Shown: positions 1-9,065 of the stretch, piece by piece | How positions within the stretch are numbered: the first letter of the stretch is position 1 | Layout: every line of letters begins with the position of its first letter | Source of the DNA: Bdellovibrionota bacterium | Lineage (GTDB): Bacteria; Bdellovibrionota_C; UBA2361; OMII01 | Length of the DNA: 31,242 bases | Assembly: GCA_044356215.1 (NCBI GenBank) | Contig: JBIKWQ010000037.1 | Location: 1 to 31,242 of the forward strand | Direction of reading: 5' to 3' | Made by a program: the position numbers and the translations under genes | The notes under the pieces: generated by a model | Told to the model about the DNA's origin: nothing | The model's database searches: none | The model's input: only the letters and a program-made list of their open reading frames with translations

Positions 1-1
1 C

Positions 2-457
2 CTAAAAGGTTATACAAAAGAAGCTCAGCGACTCCTTGATGGTTCTTCAGAGGTTGAGACATTCACACTCCAGCCAAACGCGTGGATGGAAGCGTTTGGG
101 ATAAGAGATCCTGAGCAACAGAAACGAATTAACGATAGAATTGTTGAGCGAGTATGCACCTTAGAGAAGCGTGCTGCAGAGAAGCGAATACGAGAGAAAA
201 AGACCGTCATCGGAAGGCAAAGACTACAGCATCAGAAGATCGACACATCTTATAGACCGGACAGGAAAGGCCGGAAGACGTGCTGCCTCTCGGATAACCG
301 CACCAAAAGAATTCAGTACATAAAAAAGCTAAAGGGACTACGAAAGGAAGGTCAAGCGATTAGAGCCAAGTGGATTATGGGCGATAGAACCGCCGTGTAT
401 CCGCCTGGACTGTACCCTCCGTCATTTCCGAAGCTAGCCAATGTTGTAGGCTGCTAG
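2..457 (+). CDS. C-terminal part of a probable HUH/Y1 (REP-associated tyrosine transposase-like) protein, truncated by the window's left edge
   Basis: The frame is open from base 2 (LKGYTKEAQRLL...), so the ATG at 86 is probably internal. The basic C-terminus ending ...IRAKWIMGDRTAVYPPGLYPP resembles, as I recall them, the (R/K)WxxGDxxxx(F/Y)PxG tails of long Y1 transposases. The catalytic HUH motif is not in the window. Confidence 0.5.
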   Translation, partial: LKGYTKEAQRLLDGSSEVETFTLQPNAWMEAFGIRDPEQQKRINDRIVERVCTLEKRAAEKRIREKKTVIGRQRLQHQKIDTSYRPDRKGRKTCCLSDNRTKRIQYIKKLKGLRKEGQAIRAKWIMGDRTAVYPPGLYPPSFPKLANVVGC

Positions 458-603
458 AGTCCTCTTATATCCCGCAGTGCGACTTCTGATTCGCAGCGCC
501 GAGGTGTATCTACAGCTGTCCGTTTCCCTTCAAGCTACAGACCCTTGCGACTCCTTCTTTCATATTTTCGCATCGACTCTAGGTTCCAGCAGGCTCTGCG
601 AGC

Positions 604-658
604 TATCTGTAGCCCGGCTACCGGGTGCAGGGGGATCTGACTAGCCCGGCCACAGATA
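604..658. repeat. Inverted repeat pair with REP/REPIN-like layout, between convergent genes
   Basis: TATCTGTAGCCCGGCTA (604-620) matches the reverse complement of 642-658 (TATCTGTGGCCGGGCTA) at 15/17, with a 21-bp spacer. The left arm begins GTAG-CCCGG-CTA-CCGGG (609-625). Confidence 0.55.
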
Positions 659-665
659 TGGGAAT

Positions 666-3600
666 CTATCTGCGGCGCAGCTTCTTGATGAGTAGCCCGG
701 CTAGAGCTAGGGCGAAGAGGGCTCCGGGTAGCCATCGATACCTTTCCGAGAAGTTTTGGCGAATCGGGAGTCCTTCAACTCCTTGACTACTCCACTTCCT
801 TAGATACTCAGTTCGTAACGCCTTGTCTTCACCCCAGCCAGACTCTCCGATTAAATAGAGAGCCTCCGCCTCCGAAACGGGTATGCCCTTTATTGCGCCA
901 GGATCCTCCGTTCTCACTAGCATCTGATGGACGTCGATAACAAACGCGCCAAATAAATCATTTACTAAATTCCATCTTAGGCCAGCTTTCTCAGCATCAT
1001 ACGCCAGGACGTTCGGCATTGTGAAAGGGTTCTCTTTAATCACACTGGAAGGCTCTACTTGGCCGTACAAAGTTGGTAGTACGGGAAGTTTCCCTAGCTC
1101 AGATTTAGCTGGTCCACCTGGCTGCCCCAGTTTTGCGTACCAAAGGCGTTGGCCAGCTTCTGAAAGCGTAAACTCTATAAACGCAGACGCCGCCCTTTGT
1201 TGCGGAGCTCCTTTGAGTAGGGCGATACAATCCCCGTTTATAGCCGTAAAGTCATCCGGCAAGTGATAGGCGATCCTCTCCGCTCCAACCTGGCGAATAG
1301 TATCCCCAGCATATGTGTCTATCGCGATTCCGTAGATCATCTCGCCTGTTGATACCTCTTTGCCTACCTGGCTGGCGGAGCTCGAAAAGTTTCTCACATT
1401 ACGGGCTATCTGCCTTATCAATTCCCAGCCGCGCTCCCATCCATATCCCTGTAAGATGATCTCAAAAATGGCGTGCATACTTCCGCTTTTACGAGGATCC
1501 CCAGCGCCTACTAGATCGAAGTATTCAGGTTTAGCTAAATCAGCCCATGTACGTGGTTCGGGCAGTCCAAGTCTGAGTACCGCGGTCCTGTTATACAACA
1601 GTCCGAACGCATTTATAGCGTTCGCGAACCAGCGCTTTCGCGGGGAGTAGATCGGCACCCCAGATATATTTTGCGGTATCAGTGAAAGTACATCCTCTGA
1701 TACCGAAACCTCAGCCAATAGTCCGCGGTTTTCTAACTCGGTGAACGAGTCCGCTCCACCACCAAAAAATATATCGATTCCGATTGAGTCAGGTGTCTTT
1801 CCGAATTGGCCGGTAATATATTTGACAATATCCGATGTGCCACCAATGTCTAGCCAGCGGATCGACACGTCTCTTCCGGTTCTCTCTTTCCAGAATTTCG
1901 AGAATCCATTCGTGAATTCAAAGCGAATTGCTTCCCAGTGCGGGGTCACGGCTATAATCTCATCTGTTTCCGCTCTAGCTGGTGTAGCCCAACATAGAAC
2001 CGCTATGATCATGAGTTTCGCGATTCGATCAAGGTCTCGCCCGCGAGCAATCCTCTCTGATAGATAGAAAATCGACAGCATAACCACCATTACGATAACC
2101 CCAAGTGCTGAGGCTACTTCGAGTCCATCTGGCCGACCCATCATCGCGTAGATCGTTTTGGAGATGGGGTAGAATTTGGATTCAAGCGCTAGGAGAAGGC
2201 TATCGCTAACCTCGATCATCGAATAAGCGAAAGTTAAAAGCGCACCAACCGCCAGATGGCGCTTTATTAGAGGGAATGTTATCCGTCTTGTCACCGTGCT
2301 GGGGCTCGCGCCTACCATTAAAGCAGCCTCTTCAAGCGCTCGATTTGCCTCTTGTAGACCAGCGGTAACTGAGCGAACCATCGCCGGTAATCGGCGAACA
2401 GCGTAAGCGATAATAAGGAGTGGAAATGGATTTATTCGATTGTCGAGTAACGTTCCAGAGAACGCACCAATGAAACCAAAAGCGAAGACTAGCCCCGGAA
2501 CGGCTATCGGAATGAGTGCGAGCGCCTCAAATAAATGCCTTAGTCGCGTTCGACCCCGACAAACTGTGTATGCTGTGAGATAACCAACAAGTAAACTTAG
2601 CGCGCTAGCGGCTAAGCTAAGTGAGACGCTGATTATAAAACTACGAGTAGTTAATCTGTGATGCACTACTTCACTAAAGTGAGCCAGCGTCCACGTTTGG
2701 GGCAAAATCGACATAAACCACTCTTTAGACAGAGCCACCAAAACCACCGCTAACTGAGGAATACAGGCGAGAGCGCCGTATCCAGCTATGACGGCTAACG
2801 CGAGCATGGCCTCCAAATGAGAAAGCTGAATTCCCGCTCGCCCCTCCCGTCCCCGTCCAGAGCCGGCGAAACTACCGCTAAATACAGAAGCCTGTGAGAG
2901 CAGGAAAAGAGATATAGAAATAACACACGTTGAAACAACAAATGAGTAGCCAACCGGATTCTCATGTAGGTCCGATAGCATGTTGTAGATCTGAACAGAC
3001 AAAACATCGCGATACTCAAATATGAGGGGCGTTCCAAGATCTGTGAAGCTAGATATGAAAACAAGTGTGGAGCCAGCGAACCAACCTGGTATGGATAGCG
3101 GAATTATAATTCGGCGTAGAACCTTCCATTTCGACGCGCCACTCATCACAGCAGCTTCCTCTAGAGAGATATGAGCGTTTTCAAGTGACGCTCGGAGACT
3201 CAAATACAGAAGTGGCACGAGGTGAATAACTTGTAGCGCGATAATCCCCAGAACATTACCGCCTCCCAGCCACTGAATTGGAGTGGTAATCCAACCAGCG
3301 TCTAAGAGAAATACGTTAACGCTGCCGAACCTACTAAAAAGCTGCCGCACTCCCAACACACCAACGAAGGGCGGAACAACTAGCGGCGCAAGCAGAAGCG
3401 CGTGAAGGAAGGCCTGCTTCGGAATTAGGAAGCGAGACATGACTAAGGCGAGGGGATAGGCGATCAGTGTCGTTATCGCTGTGACAGAGATGGCTATATT
3501 TAAAGAATTTAGAAGATAGGTTCGGTACGCATCAGTGCTGAACATGATGGCGAAGAAGTGTAGTGAGAAGGAACCATCGAGCGTAAAGGCATTCAAAAAA

Positions 3601-3680
3601 ACGTGGCTAAGGGGATAGAGCATGAAGACGGCGAAGAAAGCTAGCAGCAGGTAAGGATAGATTAGCGAGTTCGATCTCAT
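666..3680 (-). CDS. Fe3+/thiamine-type ABC transporter double permease fused to a C-terminal extracellular solute-binding domain
   Basis: Two EAA loops (LEEAAVMSGAS, LEEAALMVGAS) and many TM segments, then a soluble SBP-like region (DIFFGGG, PRTWADL, DPRKSGS). Start moved to ATG 3680 (MRSNSL), just after the ATPase stop at 3688. Confidence 0.85.
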   Translation of the reverse strand: MRSNSLIYPYLLLAFFAVFMLYPLSHVFLNAFTLDGSFSLHFFAIMFSTDAYRTYLLNSLNIAISVTAITTLIAYPLALVMSRFLIPKQAFLHALLLAPLVVPPFVGVLGVRQLFSRFGSVNVFLLDAGWITTPIQWLGGGNVLGIIALQVIHLVPLLYLSLRASLENAHISLEEAAVMSGASKWKVLRRIIIPLSIPGWFAGSTLVFISSFTDLGTPLIFEYRDVLSVQIYNMLSDLHENPVGYSFVVSTCVISISLFLLSQASVFSGSFAGSGRGREGRAGIQLSHLEAMLALAVIAGYGALACIPQLAVVLVALSKEWFMSILPQTWTLAHFSEVVHHRLTTRSFIISVSLSLAASALSLLVGYLTAYTVCRGRTRLRHLFEALALIPIAVPGLVFAFGFIGAFSGTLLDNRINPFPLLIIAYAVRRLPAMVRSVTAGLQEANRALEEAALMVGASPSTVTRRITFPLIKRHLAVGALLTFAYSMIEVSDSLLLALESKFYPISKTIYAMMGRPDGLEVASALGVIVMVVMLSIFYLSERIARGRDLDRIAKLMIIAVLCWATPARAETDEIIAVTPHWEAIRFEFTNGFSKFWKERTGRDVSIRWLDIGGTSDIVKYITGQFGKTPDSIGIDIFFGGGADSFTELENRGLLAEVSVSEDVLSLIPQNISGVPIYSPRKRWFANAINAFGLLYNRTAVLRLGLPEPRTWADLAKPEYFDLVGAGDPRKSGSMHAIFEIILQGYGWERGWELIRQIARNVRNFSSSASQVGKEVSTGEMIYGIAIDTYAGDTIRQVGAERIAYHLPDDFTAINGDCIALLKGAPQQRAASAFIEFTLSEAGQRLWYAKLGQPGGPAKSELGKLPVLPTLYGQVEPSSVIKENPFTMPNVLAYDAEKAGLRWNLVNDLFGAFVIDVHQMLVRTEDPGAIKGIPVSEAEALYLIGESGWGEDKALRTEYLRKWSSQGVEGLPIRQNFSERYRWLPGALFALALAGLLIKKLRRR

Positions 3681-3687
3681 ACAAGCG

Positions 3688-4803
3688 CTAATCGGATCGC
3701 TCTGATAGCGTACCAGCCACAAAAACACACTGCACGTTTTCCCACGATATTAGAACCTCACTATCTTCTGTAGAGTAAGGAGAGTAATCCTCAACAGAGC
3801 ACAGCGCCTTTAGCTTAATATCCTTGCCGATAATAAGCTCTAAGTCATAAGTTGAGCCCTTATAGGTGCTGCGTATAACTCTGGCTCTAAGCGTATTCTC
3901 TCGGGTTGAATCCGACATTCCTTCTTGGATGATTTTAATTGCGTTTGGCCGGATGCATAGGTATCCAGAGGTATCAGTTGATATCCCCGTTTCAGGCACG
4001 CGAGTCTGACAGCTTAAATCAAGAGGAGGGCATAGGGTTGCCCTCGCCATACCGGCTGTGATGACCTCTGTCACTCGGCAGGGCAGGAGATTCGCGTCTC
4101 CGATAAATCGCGCGCAAAAAGGAGAGTTGGGTGAGGTGTAAATCTCCAGTGGTGAACCCACCTGTTCTATCTGCCCCATATTCATGATCGCAATTCGTGA
4201 AGATAGACTAAGAGCATCCTCCTGATCATGAGTCACATAGATCATCGTCGCGCCTAATTTGGAATGAAGATCTGCTAACTCTTGTCGGATCTCAGCGCGC
4301 AATCGAGCGTCTAAGTTCGACAGTGGTTCGTCGAGTAAAATAATCGTCGGCTCCATCGCTAAAGCGCGCGCGAGGGCAACTCGCTGCTGCTGTCCTCCTG
4401 AGATCTGATGAGGAAAACGGTCCTTGAAGGGTAACATTTGTACACGTTCGAGGGCCGATATCATCTTTGAATCGCGCTCCTTGTTGGAGATCGGCCGAGA
4501 TTCTAATCCAAAGCGCACGTTTTGGGCGATGGTCATATGCGGCCAGAGAGCGTACTGCTGAAAAACCATGCCGATCCCTCGCCCCTGAGGCGGAATATGA
4601 TCAACTGCTTTACCGCCTATGGTCACAGACCCCGAATTCGCAGACTCAAGACCGGCGATGATCCTAAGAAGAGTTGATTTTCCGCACCCTGATGGCCCAA
4701 GCAGAGAGAAGAACTCTCCCGACTGAATATCGAGAGATACACCAGACAGCACCCGGTTAGAACCGAACACTTTATCTATACCTGTCAAAGAGAGTGCGCT
4801 CAT
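3688..4803 (-). CDS. ABC transporter ATP-binding protein (PotA/FbpC-like, probable TOBE C-terminus)
   Basis: Walker A GPSGCGKS, Q-loop VFQQY, signature ISGGQQQR, Walker B LLDEP, H-loop VTHD. Start moved to ATG 4803 (MSALSL). Confidence 0.93.
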   Translation of the reverse strand: MSALSLTGIDKVFGSNRVLSGVSLDIQSGEFFSLLGPSGCGKSTLLRIIAGLESANSGSVTIGGKAVDHIPPQGRGIGMVFQQYALWPHMTIAQNVRFGLESRPISNKERDSKMISALERVQMLPFKDRFPHQISGGQQQRVALARALAMEPTIILLDEPLSNLDARLRAEIRQELADLHSKLGATMIYVTHDQEDALSLSSRIAIMNMGQIEQVGSPLEIYTSPNSPFCARFIGDANLLPCRVTEVITAGMARATLCPPLDLSCQTRVPETGISTDTSGYLCIRPNAIKIIQEGMSDSTRENTLRARVIRSTYKGSTYDLELIIGKDIKLKALCSVEDYSPYSTEDSEVLISWENVQCVFVAGTLSERSD

Positions 4804-5111
4804 ATGCCAGGTATAGCCCCGAGTTGGCGGTTGTTCAAGATGAAACCGAGGATGGGCACCAAAACCCGGAGAAGCAAAGCAACAATACCGCGGTACGGCC
4901 GATAATTTCTCAGCCAAAAGCGAGGCGGCGTAGTGTCACGCTATGGTGTTCATGATACGTTAGGTCAAATGTACAGAATGTAACTACTCATCAGAAAAAA
5001 GCCCCGACTTTGGTGGGACAAGAAAGAGGCTGCGCAAAAACAGCCTATTTAGCGATATAATGACTGCAACAATCCAAAAAATCCGGTGGGTAGCTACAAG
5101 ATAAGATTCCG

Positions 5112-7877
5112 ATGACCAAGAAACGCGCGACATATCGCAGGGGTGCAAAGGCTCCGCCGTGGTTAAAAGCCACAGGACCAGTGCTGTCGATGATGCGACA
5201 GGGTGATCGCCTTTTGCTTGATTTCGAATACGGTCCGGAACGTGTTAAAGCTGTGAAAGCTATTCCGGGCGCGCGCTATAACCCTGATGACAAAAGCTGG
5301 AGTCTCCCACTCGAGCAGCTTGATACTGTCCGCAGTTTAAAGGAGTTTTCTCCCACCTGTGTCTTAAATGGACTTGGAGATCTCCAAGTGAGTACGCTAG
5401 ATATGGCCACTGCTCGAGAGGAGCTGATTAGCAATCCATTCTCTGTGAGGAAAGAGGTAATCGCATCTCTCGGTGTTGAGGCGATCGTACGGTTTAACAC
5501 CGATAAACGCCGCGTCTGCTTCGTTCCAAGGGTAGGCTCTAGCGCCCAGAAGATTATCAAGCGATCGCCCGGAGCATTATTCTCAGCTTTTGATTCGGGT
5601 TATGTGGTTCCAGTTGAGCGACTTGGTGAACTACTAAAAAAGCTCCGAGATCGGCAAGTTCTATTCGCCGTAGACTCGTTATCTGGAGCTGCTTTAAGCG
5701 GGTCGGCGGCTCTGCGACGTTCGATTCTAGAGAGCCCCGATAATTGGGGTGGCGACGATCTCTCGGCTGCTCTATTAACTCCTTTCATTGCCGTTAGTCG
5801 GCAAGAGGAGGGCTCCTTTAGGCCGTGCTTCTTCACTAGTGAGCAATTCAAGATGGCTTTCCCCGGAGCGCGTAGGCAACCCGGACAGGTGTTTACTCTC
5901 GATGAGCGGGGATTGTTAGAGTTTGTAGGGCGGAGCCGCGCGTTACCTTTTCAGGTTTGGCTAACAGCCGATACGCACCAGTTTATAAAATCTAAGCGGG
6001 AGCAGTTTTCGCGGGAGATAGGAGCTGGTCCAGGTGTGGTAGGGGATCTGGTCGCCGATCTAGTTTTAGTGCCGTTGCTCTGGCGTACCGCGGAGAGCGG
6101 ACGCGCTGTCCTAGCTGTGGGTATAGATGAAGGAAGCGAGATAAGAGATCTGTTGGTGTCTCGCGTATCTGAGGTTGTCGGCGAAAAATACCTGAACGTA
6201 GGTGCCGCGCTCCGGATAGAGATCCCTGATTCGAAACTTATTATGGCTTTTAATGAGGTAGAGCAGCTATGTGAGACGCACGGCCTGCCAAAGCCATCGA
6301 GAAGTGAATCCTTTGATAAGCTTGCCGCTGATGTTAAGGAGCGCGGAAAGCTCCTGGAGAGGTCTGCCTATTTCGGATCACTAGAAGACATCTCCCCAAC
6401 AGAAGTAAGTGGCCTAAGTGGGGAGTTGGCCGAGAGATTGTTCCCGCACCAAAGAGTCGCTGTCCAGTGGCTTCAAGAGGTGCCATACGCCTTCTTAGGG
6501 GACGATATGGGGCTTGGAAAAACTTTGTCGGTGCTCTCTTATTACACAGCTCTCCGTGAGACTCAGCATTTCTCCCTCCTTCTCGTTGTTTGTCCTAACT
6601 CACTCTCAAGGAACTGGGCGCGTGAAGCGAAGGTTTGGTTCCCTGACTTACGAGTGACGGTGTTGGCAGGAGATAAAGGTGAAAAATCATGGACGCTTCG
6701 CATGCTTAACCAAGGTGCGTTGGAGACAGACCTCCTGGTTGTTAACTACGAAGGTGTAAGACTCGAATATGTGACTCCGGAACTGGAGAGAATCGTTACC
6801 AGTAAGATGACCTTGCTCTGTCTTGACGAATCGCAACGTGTAAAGAATCCGACCGCCAAGACCTTTAAAGCACTCAGCCAAATAGCTCCGTGCTGTGATA
6901 GGCGTGTTTTGCTGAGCGGAACCCCGACGCCTAAAGATGTTTCAGATCTTTGGGCTCAGATGCGTCTCCTCGATGGAGGCGCACGACTCGGAAAAAGCTT
7001 CTATAAATGGCTCTCTAGAGTAGCCGAGCTTGGCACAGAATACAGCCAGTATGCGGTAAAGAAATTCCACGAAGCTGAAGTGTCTGAAAGCATTTGCCGA
7101 GCGCGGGAGGTAATGCTGAGACGACGCAAAGAGAAGGTTGTTAATCTTCCCGCGAAGACATTCTCTATTCGCGAGATTGAGCTTACTGGGTCGCAAGCTG
7201 AGCGCTATAACGAGATCCGAGAGGGGCTTATCCTGCGTATGCGTTCCGTTTCAGGAGAGCAGTTTACCCGCGAGATTACCAATATCTTAGAGGAGTACTT
7301 GAGGGCTGTTCAGGTGTCTTCCAATCCGAGGCTTATAGATCCAGAGTGGAAAGGAGAACCGGCTAAGTTTTTGGAGTTAGATGAAATAGTGCGCGAGGTG
7401 GTGCATGAGCAGGGCCAGAAGATAGTTATCTGGACAAACTACCTTGGTAACGTCAGCGAGCTTTGTCGGAGATATAGTGAATACGGGGCGGCTCCATTTA
7501 GTGGAGAAGTCACCGCGGCTGAACGAGAGATTACAGTGCGCGCCTTTCAGGAGTCAGCGGAGCCTAAGATCCTAGTCGCGGTACCGGCGGCTGGTGGTGT
7601 GGGGATAACTCTGACCGCGGCGCAGACCGCTGTCTATGTGGATAAAACGTGGAACGCCGAGCACTGGATGCAATCAGTCGACCGAATTCACCGAATCGGA
7701 CAGCGCGGAACGGTAAACGTGATCTCATTGCTAGGGTGTAAGGTGGATGAGATCATACATTGGAACTTAAGGAGGAAAGAACAGGGGCAGGCTCGTGTTC
7801 TAGGTGATTACGCAGAGCCTGAAGGGGCCATCGGCTTGGGTATCACCCGCGAGGAGCTCCTGGAGGCTCTTGAGTAG
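5112..7877 (+). CDS. SNF2/SWI2-family ATPase with an N-terminal tandem HARP-like repeat
   Basis: LFPHQ, DDMGLGKT, VVCPNS, DESQ, LSGTP, GVGITL and QSVDRIHRIGQ are SNF2 motifs. About 430 aa of N-terminal extension precede them. Confidence 0.9.
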   Translation: MTKKRATYRRGAKAPPWLKATGPVLSMMRQGDRLLLDFEYGPERVKAVKAIPGARYNPDDKSWSLPLEQLDTVRSLKEFSPTCVLNGLGDLQVSTLDMATAREELISNPFSVRKEVIASLGVEAIVRFNTDKRRVCFVPRVGSSAQKIIKRSPGALFSAFDSGYVVPVERLGELLKKLRDRQVLFAVDSLSGAALSGSAALRRSILESPDNWGGDDLSAALLTPFIAVSRQEEGSFRPCFFTSEQFKMAFPGARRQPGQVFTLDERGLLEFVGRSRALPFQVWLTADTHQFIKSKREQFSREIGAGPGVVGDLVADLVLVPLLWRTAESGRAVLAVGIDEGSEIRDLLVSRVSEVVGEKYLNVGAALRIEIPDSKLIMAFNEVEQLCETHGLPKPSRSESFDKLAADVKERGKLLERSAYFGSLEDISPTEVSGLSGELAERLFPHQRVAVQWLQEVPYAFLGDDMGLGKTLSVLSYYTALRETQHFSLLLVVCPNSLSRNWAREAKVWFPDLRVTVLAGDKGEKSWTLRMLNQGALETDLLVVNYEGVRLEYVTPELERIVTSKMTLLCLDESQRVKNPTAKTFKALSQIAPCCDRRVLLSGTPTPKDVSDLWAQMRLLDGGARLGKSFYKWLSRVAELGTEYSQYAVKKFHEAEVSESICRAREVMLRRRKEKVVNLPAKTFSIREIELTGSQAERYNEIREGLILRMRSVSGEQFTREITNILEEYLRAVQVSSNPRLIDPEWKGEPAKFLELDEIVREVVHEQGQKIVIWTNYLGNVSELCRRYSEYGAAPFSGEVTAAEREITVRAFQESAEPKILVAVPAAGGVGITLTAAQTAVYVDKTWNAEHWMQSVDRIHRIGQRGTVNVISLLGCKVDEIIHWNLRRKEQGQARVLGDYAEPEGAIGLGITREELLEALE

Positions 7878-7927
7878 CGCTTGACTCCATCTTTTGCCTG
7901 TAACTCTATCGTGCTACGCTCTCTAGT

Positions 7928-8140
7928 ATGAAGAGAATCATATTTGGCCTCGTTATTTTTGTCTCTGGATGCTCGGCGAACAAACCCAAACTCTGTCAGT
8001 CGTGGATCGACTCTGGTGAGATTACCAGCTCTTATGAACACTGCATGCAGTGCGTTAAGAGTTACGGATCAAAGGATCTGAGATCGGTGCGAGAGTGCGC
8101 TTTTAAAAAAGATATAGCCACCTTAAGAGATGGCTTTTAG
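7928..8140 (+). CDS. Small Cys-rich lipoprotein
   Basis: MKR, a hydrophobic core and lipobox VSG-C, plus four more Cys in the mature part. Confidence 0.7.
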   Translation: MKRIIFGLVIFVSGCSANKPKLCQSWIDSGEITSSYEHCMQCVKSYGSKDLRSVRECAFKKDIATLRDGF

Positions 8141-8155
8141 GGTTGAGAGATCGTC

Positions 8156-8827
8156 ATGGTAGGACCGTCGGTTAGGCGTTCAACAGGGCCGGGTTGTTTT
8201 ACTTACGGATGTTTAATCGCCTTTGTTATATTTTCAGTGCTGATTGGCGGTATATGGTTTTATGCCAGAAGTAGTATGCGAGAGGCGGTTGAGCAGTACA
8301 CAGCCAACACCTCCGGATCTTTCCCTCCCGTTTCCTCTAATGAACTTGATGCTAACGAGGGAATTAAAAAAATTAATCGGTTGCGGGCAGCGATTAGTGA
8401 GAACAGGAATGAGTCGGTGGCTTTATCATCGGCTGAGTTGCAGGCGGTGATTGGAACCACTCCATGGAAGGACTGGATACGGGTGGAGTTGATTGAGGAT
8501 TCTGTAGCTATCCGTTTCTCTCTTCCATTGGCTGCTTTGGGTGAATGGCAGGCGGCATCATTTGTTTTCAACAGGATTAAGGACCGGTTTATTTCGGGTA
8601 GTGCTAAGTGCCAGATCTCGATCAAAGAAGGGGATACAAAGGTATCTTTTTCAGAGCTCACTCTTAACGGCAAAAAGCTCGAGGATATGCCTCGTGGCCA
8701 CGCCTCTGAGTGGGTTTCTGGGGCAATAGCGGAGTTAGCGAAAGAGGATACGTCGAGCCTGCGTGTTCTCAAAAAGCTAAAAGATGTTTCTGTAATTGAT
8801 GGAAAGCTGGTCGTTCAGGTTGGGTAG
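8156..8827 (+). CDS. Hypothetical single-pass membrane-anchored protein
   Basis: N-terminal GCFTYGCLIAFVIFSVLIGGIWFY TM segment followed by a soluble domain; starts 15 bp after the lipoprotein gene. Confidence 0.7.
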   Translation: MVGPSVRRSTGPGCFTYGCLIAFVIFSVLIGGIWFYARSSMREAVEQYTANTSGSFPPVSSNELDANEGIKKINRLRAAISENRNESVALSSAELQAVIGTTPWKDWIRVELIEDSVAIRFSLPLAALGEWQAASFVFNRIKDRFISGSAKCQISIKEGDTKVSFSELTLNGKKLEDMPRGHASEWVSGAIAELAKEDTSSLRVLKKLKDVSVIDGKLVVQVG

Positions 8828-9065
8828 GTGATTATCCCTAACTACTCAAAGGATTTTTTGGATCGTTGCAGTCATTATATAGCTTAGTATGCTGTTTTCG
8901 GCCCTCTTCCTTATGAAACAACGGTTTGTTTCTTTGTTCTGCCTTATTCTCCGGGCTAAAATAGCTTTTTCCACCCTTGTACCTGTGTAATATCAGTTTT
9001 TCACTACTAAAAATTAGCTCTTTAGCCGATATACAAGCATCGGAATTAGAGAGGAGCTATTTTAC

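Noticed and set aside
692..713. Third GTAGCCCGGCTA copy as a REP
   Set aside because: It lies in the coding sequence for the ABC fusion's terminal helix (LALAGLL) and is probably coincidental.
4804..4917. N-terminal extension of the ABC ATPase from the ORF track
   Set aside because: It uses a non-ATG start and reads as non-coding; the family-like sequence begins at ATG 4803.
9008..9032. Sigma-28 promoter TAAA...GCCGATAT upstream of the hydrolase
   Set aside because: The spacer is 13 bp instead of the usual 15, so support is too weak.
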